Part shown: positions 12,970-25,272 of the stretch, piece by piece
Layout of the letters: each line of letters opens with the position of its first letter
Numbering within the stretch: position 1 is the stretch's first letter
Assembly (NCBI RefSeq): GCF_027921745.1
Contig: NC_079238.1
Coordinates: 4,898,001-4,962,000 of the forward strand
From: Schizosaccharomyces osmophilus
Taxonomy: Eukaryota
Reading direction: 5' to 3'
Length of the DNA: 64,000 nt
Notes under the pieces: model-generated
Databases searched by the model: none
The model's input: only the letters and a program-made list of their open reading frames with translations
What the model was told of the DNA's origin: nothing
Translations under genes and position numbers: made by a program

Positions 12970-14402
12970 ATGCAAGATTCAAATTCATTTGACGTTATAC
13001 TTTTAGGAACAAATTTAGTCAATTCGATTTTATCTTCGTAAGTAAATATAGTCATTTTCGTTTTAATTAACCATACTGTTCATAAAGAGCTTGTGCATGG
13101 ACAAACCTCAAAGTCCTTCATATAGATGAGAATCCGTTCTACGGCGAAGTTGATGGTTCTTTTGGTTTAAGAGATGTTTTGAATGTATCAGAAACGGGTG
13201 ATCGGGAGGTGGAAAACCTATGTGTAAAGCGTACCGGAGAGGACGCTCCTGCTTTACAAGATATCAAGGTAGAAATTCTAGAGAAGGATATGCTACCGAG
13301 TCTGAAAGGTATTACAATTGAGCTAATACCGAAGGAAATGTATGCTGGTGGCAGTTTAGTAGAATTGCTCTCGAAAACTAAGATATATAAATATTTACTA
13401 CTGAAGCCTCAAAGAAGCTTTCGATTTTATGCCTCAAACAAAGAATGGACGAAAGTACCCGAGTCAAGGGCTGATATTTTTAATGATAAAACACTATCGC
13501 TTACGCACAAACGATTGATTATGCGCTTCATGAAATATGTTTCCTCCATTGACGACGAACAGAATCAAGAACAGTTAAAACAATGGCTCTCGAGACCCTT
13601 TCATGATTTTCTGAAGGAAAACTTTGAGCTTCCTCAAAGTATACAAGAGGGTATCGTTTACGGGTTATGTCAGGCTTTGGATTCAAAAATTTCCACCCAA
13701 CGTGCTCTGGAAAAAATAAAGAAATATTTTCAATCTTTTGCAACTTACGGGGATTACTCTTACTTGATTGCCATGTATGGAACCGGATCTGAATTATGTC
13801 AAGGATTCTGCCGTTCATCGGCTGTGATGGGCGGTACATTTATGCTCGCACAAAAAGTCAACAAAGTGGAAGCTACTTCCGTCGAACTAGGAGAAGGGAA
13901 AAAATTATGGGCAAAACACATTGTTCCGTCGCAAGCTATTAAAATGACAAATATTTCAGAAACGAGTGTTCGTCAGCGATGTCTACTAGTGCGCGGGAAG
14001 TGTCCTGGATTATTTCACCAAAACCTATTCTTACTTTCTGAAGCAAGTCAGCTTCACTTTGTACCTTATTCCTTAGGAGATAAATGGCCCAATAGCGTTC
14101 AAGCCAGGGTTCTAGGAGTTGGAGCAGGTAGTTGTCCCGAGGGTTATACTCTATGGTATTTGCAAACATTAGAATGCGAATACTCTTGTGAGTTACTAGC
14201 TTCGGCAACTAACAAGCTCATTGAGCTTTCACATTCGGAGGACACGAAACCCTTAATGTATGCTGATATGTTGATTGATCAAAGGGACCTGGCGGATTAT
14301 GATATTGCTGTTGAAACAGCCAAGCAATTGTATGGAAAGATTACTGGCTCTACCGACTCCTTTTTCCAAAGAGATACTGTTCTTGATGACGATGATGAAT
14401 GA
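12970..14402 (+). CDS. mrs6: Rab escort protein (REP/GDI family), Mrs6. Exons 12970-13037 and 13088-14402
   Basis: FDVILLGT...VLHIDENPFYG after splicing; VPESRADIF; YGTGSELCQGFCRSSAVMGG. Confidence 0.9.
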
Positions 14403-14617
14403 TAATAACAAGTAGTAAACGACGAAGTTTATTGTATATAAGCAAAATAATATCCTGATCGGCAATTAAAATTTATAAAAAACTGTGTAATTATAGTAAA
14501 GCTTTCGTTAGATATGCTAAATATTTACATGAGAAGAGTGTCTACTTAAAATAAGCTCAAACGGATTCGTAAACAAAAAAGGACAGTGAGTCCATAAAAA
14601 GAAGCTTGTGAGATTCC

Positions 14618-16222
14618 TTACTTCATTTTGAAAGGATCATCTGAGCCGAGATCAACATTGACTCTTGGTCCAATATAATTCTTTCTAGCACCGGACCACC
14701 AGTATACAAGACTAAATAGTAAAACGGCAGCGAGAACAACTATAGCATAGTTCATATTTTCAGCAGTAACCGGACGAACATTAGGCATAACGAAGATAAC
14801 GGACACAAATGAAGTCCATGCTACCGCAAAAACATTAACGGGTATTGAAAACCATCCCAAATTCCAAGGACCTTGTTTATAATTCATCCTTCTACCGAAG
14901 ACCAGTCTGCAAGCAATGGGAATTACATAACTCCAATCCAATGCAATAGACGTTACGCTGAAGATAGCCTCGATGGCCTCGACACTACCAAGACCAATCA
15001 AGTTTAATCCAATACAGCAGAGAACGTTCAGCCATACTGCAATTACGGGGGTAGTCGTAGTTTTGTTAATCCTGTACCAATAGCGAGAAAAAGGAAGAGC
15101 TTGATCTCTTGAAAGTGCAAAGATAGTGCGAGCATTTGCCTGCATAGAAGTTACACCCGTGAAATTGAGAATAATGAAAGCAAAAATAAGAAAAGCTAAA
15201 CTTCCCTGTTTACCGAGGACGTTGTAAAATATTTGCGCAACGGGTTGACCAAGAGAAGATTGACTAAGACTAGTAAGCTTTGTTCCCATAACAAAAACGA
15301 GAACAATATTAAATATCCATCCCAAAAAATAAGTCAGACTTAAGGCAAGGGCAATGGCCTGAGGTGCACGAACAGCAGCATTTTCGATTTCCTCAGCAAT
15401 ATGAGCAGTAGCATCATAATCAGTCATACTCCAAGCTACACTTAGGAATCCAAATAAGAAAGAAAACCCCGTTGGTTTCCAGCCACTGAGAGGTTCCACG
15501 CTAGTGAATACATACGTTCCAGTGTTAAAATTCTTGCACATTGCCAGCAAGCAGATCATACAGGCGAAAAGGACTAATAAATGAAAAACAGCATAGAAGC
15601 GAGTAATACGGTCAAGCCAACGGGTAGACAAAGAGTTGATGAATCCATGGAAAATAACAATGGCTGCCATCACACCGACAACATGACGATTTGTGGGTTG
15701 ATAAGTCATATCTTTAGAAACAGATATGGCAGAAAGAAGTAACTGTGCACAAGACCAATCGGTACTACTGACGCCAGCAATCTGACCGAGCAAGTTCAAC
15801 CAGCCTACTAGCCAAGACACAACCGGCATTTGATTTGGCGGTACTAAATTCTTACATGTGAAGTAAAGTCCACCTGAGGTAGGATAAGCCGAAACGAGTT
15901 CTGCAACAGAAAGAGCAATGCACATGCAACCGACACCACCGATGAACCAGCTCCAAACAATAGCGGCGGCACCGCCGGCAACCAAAGGATAAGTAAAGGT
16001 AGTGATAATAGTAGCATATAGTCCAGAAATGGAGAAGGCAAATGAAAAGGTAGCCCAGGTTGAAAAATCCCGTTTGAAAACTGGTTTGTATCCCAGTTCA
16101 ACTAACTTATCGTCTTCGTTTAGAGACGAATCTACCAAGTCATCCGAAATTGGCTTCAAAGGCTTCAAGTTTGAAGAATCCTTTTCTTTGACGCCGTCAA
16201 TATAGAAAGACTCTTTGTCCAT
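14618..16222 (-). CDS. APC-superfamily amino acid/GABA/polyamine permease (Uga4/Tpo5-like)
   Basis: LGYKPVFKRDFS, AELVSAYPTSGGLY and YDATAHIAEE; about 12 hydrophobic segments. First ATG is at 16222. Confidence 0.92.
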   Translation of the reverse strand: MDKESFYIDGVKEKDSSNLKPLKPISDDLVDSSLNEDDKLVELGYKPVFKRDFSTWATFSFAFSISGLYATIITTFTYPLVAGGAAAIVWSWFIGGVGCMCIALSVAELVSAYPTSGGLYFTCKNLVPPNQMPVVSWLVGWLNLLGQIAGVSSTDWSCAQLLLSAISVSKDMTYQPTNRHVVGVMAAIVIFHGFINSLSTRWLDRITRFYAVFHLLVLFACMICLLAMCKNFNTGTYVFTSVEPLSGWKPTGFSFLFGFLSVAWSMTDYDATAHIAEEIENAAVRAPQAIALALSLTYFLGWIFNIVLVFVMGTKLTSLSQSSLGQPVAQIFYNVLGKQGSLAFLIFAFIILNFTGVTSMQANARTIFALSRDQALPFSRYWYRINKTTTTPVIAVWLNVLCCIGLNLIGLGSVEAIEAIFSVTSIALDWSYVIPIACRLVFGRRMNYKQGPWNLGWFSIPVNVFAVAWTSFVSVIFVMPNVRPVTAENMNYAIVVLAAVLLFSLVYWWSGARKNYIGPRVNVDLGSDDPFKMK

Positions 16223-17330
16223 AATAATAGGTTTTCTTGCGTCCTGAATATTTTTCTTTTCAATTCTATGTCCCAAATTAAACAAAAACCAAAATATATG
16301 CAAAAATAATTATTCAAAAGAAACAATTGACCTGACTGAGTATTTTTTGACGATGAAGGATTAGATTTATAATGAAACCTCGAAAATCTAATGAACCTCT
16401 ATAAGCAAAGACTTCAGAAACATAAAGATACCTTTTTAACAGTCTATTATAGCGACAACGGCTACAAAAAAACAGAATCGAGCAAAGCAAAGATGTTATT
16501 GAAACTAGGATTTATACCAGCTGAGCGTTCTGTGTGAATCTTAGATACGTGGGTTACTTGGGTTACCTTTTTGAATTGGAATTACAAATAAGACCAAGTT
16601 CCAGGTTCCCATTTAAATAATTAATTAATAAATAAAAATATATTGGAAGCAATGAATGCTGTCTTTCTCCATACGTTTTATCAAATATCTTGTTTTAGTA
16701 TGATTTTTTAAATCCATAAAACGATGTGTTTCTCTTTATTATGATGTGTAGTTAATTACCTTCTTCAGAAAACCGTCTTTATTGAACGAATCTTTATTTT
16801 TCTTTCTTTTAAACAAAAAATAAGTCTTATTATTGTGCAAGACGCAAGCTCGGGCGGTGATTGACGCAAGCCTAAAAATTTTGAAAACGGGAACTGTCAT
16901 TTTATACTTATTCATCACCAAGTTTACACTCCTTTGGTTAAAAAATTACAAAGGTGAAACGTAAAATAGTGTCAGTTATTGTGAAATTCTACACCGGATA
17001 TTGAAGTTAAAGACTTGACTCGTGGTTTCAAAATCCTACTACTGCAATTTCCAGCATCCACTTCAGATTAACAAGAAAGGATACAAAGCCATACTAGTTT
17101 ACGTCTTTGGATAACCTTACTTTAGGCAAACTCATTTTTTGAAGTTATTACACTTCAGCTTCCTGGGTGTCAACCTTTTTTCTAAGTGATAAGGTAATCT
17201 GGGCTACCTTGGCAAAGACAAATAGTTAAAGACCTTTAACTACACTTTTTGGAAACCAAGCGAAGTTCTAAATTCGTTTTGGTAATCGAATTCATTTCGT
17301 GAACAACTTTTGTAAGTTTACTTGCTCATT

Positions 17331-20300
17331 ATGGCAAAGAAAAAGTCCAAAGCGTCCAGTTCAGCTCGTGGGTATGCAACGACTTCAATACCTTCTCGTG
17401 CTACGCCAGTCCCCAAAAAAGCCGAAAACAATGATGTCAAGAAATCATCCAAAGTGGATGCTGCCAAAGAAACACCAGCTACAATTGGTACGAACGACCC
17501 TGTCAACAGCGCTCTCCATGAAACAAATTCTTTTGATGACCTTCTTACAGAGGAATCTTCACCTTCAATTGATACGGAGTCAGAAAAGCTGAAATCTGCA
17601 GCCTTGTCAACTTCCAAGTCTTTCTTGCACGCGTGGCAGACTGAACTTCGTCTTCGAAAGAGTACAAACATAATGAGTTTTTCGGATGATGAAAATAAGC
17701 TTATATATGATTCATTCCGTGATAGCTGGATTGACTCTCTCAAAAAGTCTGCTAATCAGTCAAATTCAATGGCTTATGCCTCCAAAAAACGCTTGCTATG
17801 GTCTACGTTTTTGTCTTTACTAGATATGGGGTTCAGTGAAGATCTGGTTTTTAAGGCTTTTTCCTCTCTTCCCGTTGTTTCAATAGAAGATTATATTGCT
17901 TGGATTATTACTGAACCTACATCTTTAGAAAATCCTCATTCTTTTAACTACGAAATACAACCTACCAATTACTTGGTATTTTGTAGACATTTGGATGAGC
18001 CCTTACCTGCGGCTCCTGTTCCCACTTCTAATAACAAACGGCTAGCTCCGTTAATGACGAAAAAAGAACCTATAGAGCCTCCTTCAGTAATTCCAAAGTC
18101 AGAGGCCAGTGCACAGGACGAAGAGAATTCTAAAGATGGCGATGCATATTCCATGGCCAGCTTACTTCAGCAATTACCCGAAGAAGAGGACATGCCTGGA
18201 AATGATCCCTATGATCTTACTAATCAATATGTGAAAGCCAAGATGAAGATACTTCGACTTCAAATTATGGGACAAAAGGACTCGGATGCGACGGATATGG
18301 TACGAGCTGAATTGGAGGGCATAACAAGTCAATATTTATTCTCGTCAAAAGATGCTGATTCAGTCCTTAAGAGAAAGCGTGGGGAGTTTATGTCAAAGCT
18401 GAAGGCTCTACAAGCAAAAGCTTCTAATGAAAGAGCTGTTAAAGCACTTCAAAATCAAAAGCCTGCTGATCAACAAGACACTACTGAAGATACCAAATCT
18501 GATTCTGACGGTCAACAACCGGGTTCCGACCAGGCTCAAAATGATTCTGATCATGAAGATCAACAAAGTAGAGTAGGAGAAGATACTGACCTTATGGGTG
18601 GCTTATTCAATGAGCCTGAGGAGAGTAGTGTAGTTGTTGATACTGATCAGAGCAACTATACTTACTTGCCTTTGTCCATGGATCGATCTGGTACTCGACC
18701 TTCTACAATTTTGCAATATGAACTGCACAAATTAGGCAATAACCTTCATGCTGAGTATAAGACATACCCTATAGGTCAGCTTGGTTGGCAATCAACATGC
18801 TTCGTAAAATGCCCTACCGGACAAAAGACCTTTATAGATACTGAAACCGTTTTGCCAAGTCCTGTTTTGGCTTCAGATTATACAGCCACGCATGTGCTGT
18901 TTAAACTTGTTTCTCCTTACACAAAACTTACTGTTACGATGTTCCCTAAGAGCTTTAAAGATTTGTTTGAGAAACTCTTGAGTGAGCAATCAAGTGGCTT
19001 AAAGCAAGAAGATATGAGAATATCCGAAAAGTTGGATGATATTTTAGAATCTAAAGGATCTGAAAGTACTGGTGTTCAGAATAAAGCAAGCTCTAAATCG
19101 GTTGACACTGCGCAAACCAAAAAGGCTGTACACAGACCACCAGAAAAAATCGTTGAAGAGTGGCACCGTCAATTGTGTAGCAGCAATGCAGAGAAATTCC
19201 GCGATATTCGCAGTCAGCTACCTGCTTCTCGTTATAAATCTGAAATTTTGGAAGCTGTTAATAACAATCAATTGCTTATCATTTCTGGTGATACAGGCTG
19301 CGGTAAGAGTACCCAAATTCCTGCATTTTTGTTGGAAGATGCTTTGTCACAAGGTGAATCCGCCAAAATATATGTTACTGAGCCAAGACGTATTAGTGCT
19401 GTTTCACTTGCACAACGTGTTTCTCAAGAGCTGGGAGCGCATCCACCTTCTAACCGGTCTCATGAAATGGTGGGTTATTCCGTTCGGCTTGACTCAAAAA
19501 GTACTATGCACACCCCGTTGGTTTATGTGACAACAGGTGTCTTTCTTCGTTTACTCGAAGTTGGTGATGAGATTGAGTCTGTGACTCATTTAATTATTGA
19601 TGAAGTACACGAACGCAGTATTGACTCTGATCTTCTTTTGATTCATGTCTTGCGTTTGCTAAACGATTATCCAAAACTGAAGGTTATTGTTATGAGTGCT
19701 ACCTTGAATGCTGAAAAATTCCAGGATTACTTTGGTGGCAGCAGTTTGATTAGTATCCCAGGTAAAACATATCCTGTACAAAGATGCTTTTTGGAAGATA
19801 TTATGCAACAGTTCCAAGGTGATATATCTTTTGGTGAAAATAATACAGACGTAGCTGATGAAAATGATGAATATGAAGAAGACGAAGAAGGAGAGGACAA
19901 AGATCCTGCGAAATCTGATGCTGTCGTTCAAAACCCGATTCCCAAATCGTATAACGAAAAGGTCATCAACTATAATTTGATATTATTTTTATTGAAGTAC
20001 GTTTTCACTGAGGGCGATCCCAAATACAGTCAATGTGTGTTAGTATTTTTCCCGGGTATCTCAGAAATCTTGCGGATGAAATCGCTTATTGACGACGTAC
20101 CCATGTTCCAAAAACATAGAGATTTTCGCGTCTATATATTACACTCTTCGTTATCCTCTGCGCAACAACAGTCCGTCTTTGAAATTCCACCTCGTGGATG
20201 CCGTAAGATCGTATTGTCTACAAATATTGCTGAGACGGGTGTTACTATTCCTGATGTTACATGTGTTATAGACACGGGTGTTCATAGAGAAATGCGTTAC

Positions 20301-21608
20301 AACAGCAAGAGGCATCTGTCTCGTTTAACTGATACCTTTGTTTCGCGTGCAAATGCTAAGCAACGTAGTGGACGTGCTGGTCGTGTCCAGGAAGGTATCT
20401 GTTATCATTTATTTTCAAAGTATAAACACGATACACAATTTTTATCATATCAAACACCCGAGATGCTACGACTCAATTTGCAAGAGGTGGTTTTGAGAGT
20501 GAAGGTTTGCCAGATGGGAGAAGTTCAAAATGTCTTAGGAAATGCATTGGATGCTCCATCTTCTACTAATGTTGGTCGGGCTTTAGAGAAACTTCAACAA
20601 CTTGGGGCCATTGGAGAATTTGAAAAGCTCACCAAATTGGGCAAATATCTCGCTCAATTGCCGCTTGATGCTACCCTTGGTAAATTGCTTGTCTTGGGAT
20701 GTTACTACAAATCTGTCGATGCAATTGTGTCAATCGTCGCTATGATTACTATTGGCTCCCCTTTCCGCAAGCCTGTTGGGCTTGAGTTTGCTGCTAACAA
20801 GGCTCGTTTATCATTTGCCAAAGAAAACACTAGAAGTGATTTACTTGTAATGTATTATGCGTACTGTGCTTGGAGAGATGTTTGTCTTAATAAACTTGGT
20901 CCTACTGAAAGTGAGTTTACTAGAGAAAAATATTTGAACGTTGAAGCTTTAAGCATGGCTGAGTCATTAAAGATACAATTATTGAACGAATTGAAAGACA
21001 TGAGGTTGATTTCCGCAACATCTATTGATACGTGTAAAGCTGTTAAACGATCGATTTGTCGTCGTTTTGCGATTGTTCCTGAAAGCTCAAACTTGTTCTC
21101 GGATAACGCTGAAATGGTTTCTTCTATTATTGGTGCTTCCTTATATCCGAACATACTCAAGTATGATTTTGAAAAGAGATACTGGACTTCATTACACACG
21201 AATAAGCGTATCCGGATCTTGGATGTTTCGGTAAACAATAAATCCGAGCTGTACCAGATGCCTTCCAAGATTGTTGCGTATACAAATATGATGTCTTCAA
21301 CGAGAGCAAGTGAGTATGTAGCTGAAACTACAATGGTCACGATTCGCATGCTACTTTCTATGTGCGGCTTACGTATAGATTTGCGAGAATCCATAGGTCA
21401 AGCGAAGCTTGACCGCTTCACTGTTTACCTGGATAATGTTTATACCTCTTCAGCTCTTCATATGCTACGAAGCTTTATAGAATCGTCTTTTGCTACGTTT
21501 CTTTCTCACCCTGAAGTGTACCTTTCAGATGAACAATTGGCTGTGATTGCCAGTCTTGTTTCGCGTCTAAGCTTTAATCGGGTACAAAAACAAAAGTTCA
21601 CGGCATGA
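17331..21608 (+). CDS. dhx29: DEAH-box RNA helicase, DHX29-like
   Basis: GDTGCGKST, DEVH, SAT, STNIAETGVTIPDV and QRSGRAGR motifs; N-terminal UBA-like LLDMGFS. Confidence 0.9.
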   Translation: MAKKKSKASSSARGYATTSIPSRATPVPKKAENNDVKKSSKVDAAKETPATIGTNDPVNSALHETNSFDDLLTEESSPSIDTESEKLKSAALSTSKSFLHAWQTELRLRKSTNIMSFSDDENKLIYDSFRDSWIDSLKKSANQSNSMAYASKKRLLWSTFLSLLDMGFSEDLVFKAFSSLPVVSIEDYIAWIITEPTSLENPHSFNYEIQPTNYLVFCRHLDEPLPAAPVPTSNNKRLAPLMTKKEPIEPPSVIPKSEASAQDEENSKDGDAYSMASLLQQLPEEEDMPGNDPYDLTNQYVKAKMKILRLQIMGQKDSDATDMVRAELEGITSQYLFSSKDADSVLKRKRGEFMSKLKALQAKASNERAVKALQNQKPADQQDTTEDTKSDSDGQQPGSDQAQNDSDHEDQQSRVGEDTDLMGGLFNEPEESSVVVDTDQSNYTYLPLSMDRSGTRPSTILQYELHKLGNNLHAEYKTYPIGQLGWQSTCFVKCPTGQKTFIDTETVLPSPVLASDYTATHVLFKLVSPYTKLTVTMFPKSFKDLFEKLLSEQSSGLKQEDMRISEKLDDILESKGSESTGVQNKASSKSVDTAQTKKAVHRPPEKIVEEWHRQLCSSNAEKFRDIRSQLPASRYKSEILEAVNNNQLLIISGDTGCGKSTQIPAFLLEDALSQGESAKIYVTEPRRISAVSLAQRVSQELGAHPPSNRSHEMVGYSVRLDSKSTMHTPLVYVTTGVFLRLLEVGDEIESVTHLIIDEVHERSIDSDLLLIHVLRLLNDYPKLKVIVMSATLNAEKFQDYFGGSSLISIPGKTYPVQRCFLEDIMQQFQGDISFGENNTDVADENDEYEEDEEGEDKDPAKSDAVVQNPIPKSYNEKVINYNLILFLLKYVFTEGDPKYSQCVLVFFPGISEILRMKSLIDDVPMFQKHRDFRVYILHSSLSSAQQQSVFEIPPRGCRKIVLSTNIAETGVTIPDVTCVIDTGVHREMRYNSKRHLSRLTDTFVSRANAKQRSGRAGRVQEGICYHLFSKYKHDTQFLSYQTPEMLRLNLQEVVLRVKVCQMGEVQNVLGNALDAPSSTNVGRALEKLQQLGAIGEFEKLTKLGKYLAQLPLDATLGKLLVLGCYYKSVDAIVSIVAMITIGSPFRKPVGLEFAANKARLSFAKENTRSDLLVMYYAYCAWRDVCLNKLGPTESEFTREKYLNVEALSMAESLKIQLLNELKDMRLISATSIDTCKAVKRSICRRFAIVPESSNLFSDNAEMVSSIIGASLYPNILKYDFEKRYWTSLHTNKRIRILDVSVNNKSELYQMPSKIVAYTNMMSSTRASEYVAETTMVTIRMLLSMCGLRIDLRESIGQAKLDRFTVYLDNVYTSSALHMLRSFIESSFATFLSHPEVYLSDEQLAVIASLVSRLSFNRVQKQKFTA

Positions 21609-22158
21609 TAGAGACTTTTATATAGTGACCTGCTACTTATACAGAGTACAGTTCTAAAGTTTCACTTATTAGAAGAAATAAAGGTTTACGGTTTTACATG
21701 GTCTTTTAATCGTTAAAGTATATATTAGATTATTTATAGCAAACATTAACTGTTTATCACTTTTAGTTGCGAATCACAGCTCCTTTGTTTTATTATTAGT
21801 AGACACCTGCATAAAACCCTTTCAATAAATTAAAAATATTAAAACATTGTACAACAATTAAAGGCTAAATTGAAAAAAATGAAAGACAATACTCCGCGGT
21901 GAATAGACCATACGTTGATACATTAAGCCGAACAAGAATTTGTTGATTAAATCGCAATGCAAAGTCAAAGTATTAAAGAGGTCCTAAAGCAGAAAGCAAG
22001 GCAATTGTACTTTCAGAATGAGCAATATAGATTTTAAAAGCCAGCTTATTTCTCGTAATTTAAATTGATGCTTCAATAAAAAATAGCAATCGGAGTAGAT
22101 GTAGTTAAATTGGGAACATCGGAAAATGAATAATATTTACGGTAGTACAAATAGAGAT

Positions 22159-23892
22159 TTAAATCATCTTCTCGATTGAGGGTGGAAGAACGGATTGCTT
22201 GCAAACAGGGCATTTGTCAGAAATATTAAGCAAATACGGGTCGATACAGTCCGGATGATAAATATGAAGGCAAGGAAGTTCACGGTATACTTTATGATCA
22301 TTCGAATAATTGGAAAGACATATAGAACACTCACTCTGATTATAATGATTGACAGGCCTTACATCATTGACAACAGCATCGTCCTTTAATTCTTCTGAAC
22401 CAGGAAGGCTCAAGGCTGAGCTGTTAGTGGTTTGATGAGTAACGGGGGGCAAAGTTGGTCCGGATACTGTATATAAACGAACGGGAAAAGTTTCTAATAA
22501 CTCTTTCTTTACAGGTGAAGGTTTGCTCTTGTTCCTAGATTCAGTAAACCGCTGAGGGATTGGAGCGCCTGCTCGCCGTAAAGACCTATATAAGCCTGCT
22601 AAAGCTCCTGTAAAGTGAAGTATAATATACGAAGAAACTATGAGAAAAATGCTAGCAATGATAGCTATAAGAATGTAAAACCAAGACAAACTTTTGTAAG
22701 TTCCTTGTCCCTTATAAACAAGGGTACCTATTCTAGCTTTGGCATCAATGTCACCATATTTATGGGCAAGCATTCCATTGTCATTAAGTGATTGTATCTT
22801 GGGGGAAGAGTAAAACTTGAGGGCATCTTCAAACCTCAAGCCGTATGGGTGGGAAATAAGTAGCATGGGAATTTTTGATAAATAGCTTCCTGAAACCTTA
22901 TGATCAAAAGATTCAAAATTGTGTTCGGATTCAGCATGTGTACTGGCATTATAAAACAATATGGCACTTGCGTCGTCGGACAAGGCCTGTTGAACATAAT
23001 TTGGTGCACATTTATCGAAAGGAGCCAAAGCTATGAGTCCATAAGGTTGAAGGTCAGAAACATCATTCCGATGGATGGTGCGTGAAGGCAAAGCCTGTAA
23101 GGAAGCATTATCATAACAGTAATCAGCTGGAGCTAGACGATAAAAGTATCCAGCGATTTCATGTTCTAGGTCGCTTTTTTTGTAGAAGTCATTTAAAACT
23201 AAAGCACTAGAAGAATTAAAGGCAAATGACATATTACTTGGAACATCAACAATGCTTTTTTCGGATAATAAGGAGGCATTCGTATTATTGATAAGCTGCG
23301 TGTTGACGTTGAGTGGATAAAATTGTTTATTTTTGATAGCGTGATCAAGAACATAAGCAGATCCAAAGTATGTCAACCCAGAATTTTGGTAAGTATTCAA
23401 CGCACCGTGTCCCGGTTTACCACTACGGTACTTTGGTTTACCAGCATTGTAACCATTATAAGAAGAAGAAGGAGAGTGCCCATAACCACCAGAGTTCTTG
23501 GGGGAAGATCCTTTGGGAGTATCTCCTGCTTCGGGTCTGGGTTTGGTGAAAGATCCATAGCTACTACCACCTTTGGGGGAAGACTCTCCGCCAAACGAGC
23601 TCGAACTCGCACGACCTGAAGCAGCATACCCACCGCCAGCGGATCCTTTCAGGTTCGTACCGAAAGCATCAGAAAGGGAAGAAAGGGAAGAAAGGGAAGA
23701 ATCGTCTTCGGGGGCGTCTTGACGGCGGGAAAAATGTAAGCTTGATGATTTTTTAGAGAGAGAAAAAGAAGAAGCATCTTTGGGTGGGTCATGAGGAGGG
23801 TGATCAGAAGCGAACTCTATTTCATAATCAGCATTATCATTATCCAGCACAAAACCCAAGGAATGAGAAAAAGGCAAAGAAGGAAGTTTCAT
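22159..23892 (-). CDS. Membrane PA-domain/RING-H2 ubiquitin ligase (Meu34/RNF13-like; probable SPBC15C4.06c ortholog)
   Basis: PA-like ASAILFY...IPMLLIS, one TM helix (WFYILIAIIASIFLIV), and C-terminal CSIC...LPCLHIYHPDCIDPYL...CPVC. Confidence 0.88.
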   Translation of the reverse strand: MKLPSLPFSHSLGFVLDNDNADYEIEFASDHPPHDPPKDASSFSLSKKSSSLHFSRRQDAPEDDSSLSSLSSLSDAFGTNLKGSAGGGYAASGRASSSSFGGESSPKGGSSYGSFTKPRPEAGDTPKGSSPKNSGGYGHSPSSSYNGYNAGKPKYRSGKPGHGALNTYQNSGLTYFGSAYVLDHAIKNKQFYPLNVNTQLINNTNASLLSEKSIVDVPSNMSFAFNSSSALVLNDFYKKSDLEHEIAGYFYRLAPADYCYDNASLQALPSRTIHRNDVSDLQPYGLIALAPFDKCAPNYVQQALSDDASAILFYNASTHAESEHNFESFDHKVSGSYLSKIPMLLISHPYGLRFEDALKFYSSPKIQSLNDNGMLAHKYGDIDAKARIGTLVYKGQGTYKSLSWFYILIAIIASIFLIVSSYIILHFTGALAGLYRSLRRAGAPIPQRFTESRNKSKPSPVKKELLETFPVRLYTVSGPTLPPVTHQTTNSSALSLPGSEELKDDAVVNDVRPVNHYNQSECSICLSNYSNDHKVYRELPCLHIYHPDCIDPYLLNISDKCPVCKQSVLPPSIEKMI

Positions 23893-25272
23893 AAGGAAGG
23901 ACTAAACGAAAAAGAAATTGCCGTACTCTGAAGAAGGAAGAATTCACGGTGACCGCTTGTGAGCTGGGAAAAAGCAATGCAAACCAGGAATACAAAAAAA
24001 AAAAAAAAAAAATTAAAAGAAGACAATGCAATGCAAGGAACAAACGGCAAAAAGAAATTAACAGGGCAAGTCAAGATGAGAGGTGAGAGAAGGGTAAAAG
24101 AAGAAGAAGATTGAAATTCGTTAAAGGATCGCAACCTGAAGAGCAAAAACAGCCAAAAAGAACAAGAACCGAGATGGAGAAGCTGAGCAAAATAATTTAT
24201 GCAAAAGGCTAGATAGAAAGGTTAGAATGGGTTAATTATAGAAGAAGATTGGCAAGTGCAAAGCGTCTAGGATAGTAATGAAGCGCAATAAAAGAATTAT
24301 GCAATGAAAACAAAATGCAGCGACTCTTAAAACGTACCTGAACAACCCAATCAATGATAGAAAAAGAAGAAAATGAAGTTGTTTTGGGGTTTAAACTGGA
24401 TTCTGTTTCGCAAATGTCAAGTTAGAATGGATTGAGAGATGAGGAAACTCGATATAAGAGATGCGTAGGAGTGTGAAGTGGTGAAAAGCCACAATCCAGT
24501 CGAAAAGGCTTACGATGAATCCTTGGTTAATTGTCAGAAAATTATTTAAAAAAGAAAAAGAAAAAAGGAAAAGAGATGGAAAATACGTGAAAAATAAGAG
24601 AGCAGCTCCATGCAAAGAGAAATGTTGATATATTGGATTGGAATTCTTTAGCGAAGGTATTTTAAAGTTGCTATAAGCGAATTTGGTTTGCACAGAATTC
24701 GATATAGGAAGAAGAAAAAGAAGAAAGAAGAATATAAAGAGTTTGTTTGTTCCTTTTTGCTTTCTGCATGATAGTAGCTTGGAATGGACAGTGACCGCCA
24801 ACTTGATATGCATTCTGTTTTGCTTTCGGTTCTTGGGTAGCGCATGGGTTGTGGGGAAGAGACGAGAAAGACTGTCAACAATGGAAACAGAATGTTTTTC
24901 GTAATTTATCCTCGAGTAGTAGGCAGAGATCCTGGAAAACCATCACAGAGCAAGGTTCGCAACTAGTGATATTTATCTTTGGATTCTCGCTTGCAAAGGC
25001 TCTTGCCCTGCTTTTGTTTGCTACGACTCTTACCAACTTTTAACTTTCTCATCGCTATCGAGCTTCTCTCTTGTACCTGTTGGCAAGTGGAGAATGCTAT
25101 ACTGGCGATTCTTGAATACCCTCAGTTTCAACCACACCCCATCAGACCTGAACGAAAATTGAATAAAGCTTGACCAACACCTAAACAAGCTTGAAGAACG
25201 ACTTGGAAAGATTTGGCAACTCCTATTTAACTCGAGTCCGAACTCAATATTTCACGAAGAGACAAACCCTTC

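Noticed and set aside
23840..25173. Several 60-140 aa F/L/S-rich ORFs upstream of the E3 gene
   Set aside because: They are translations of pyrimidine-rich UTR and intergenic sequence, several with non-ATG starts.
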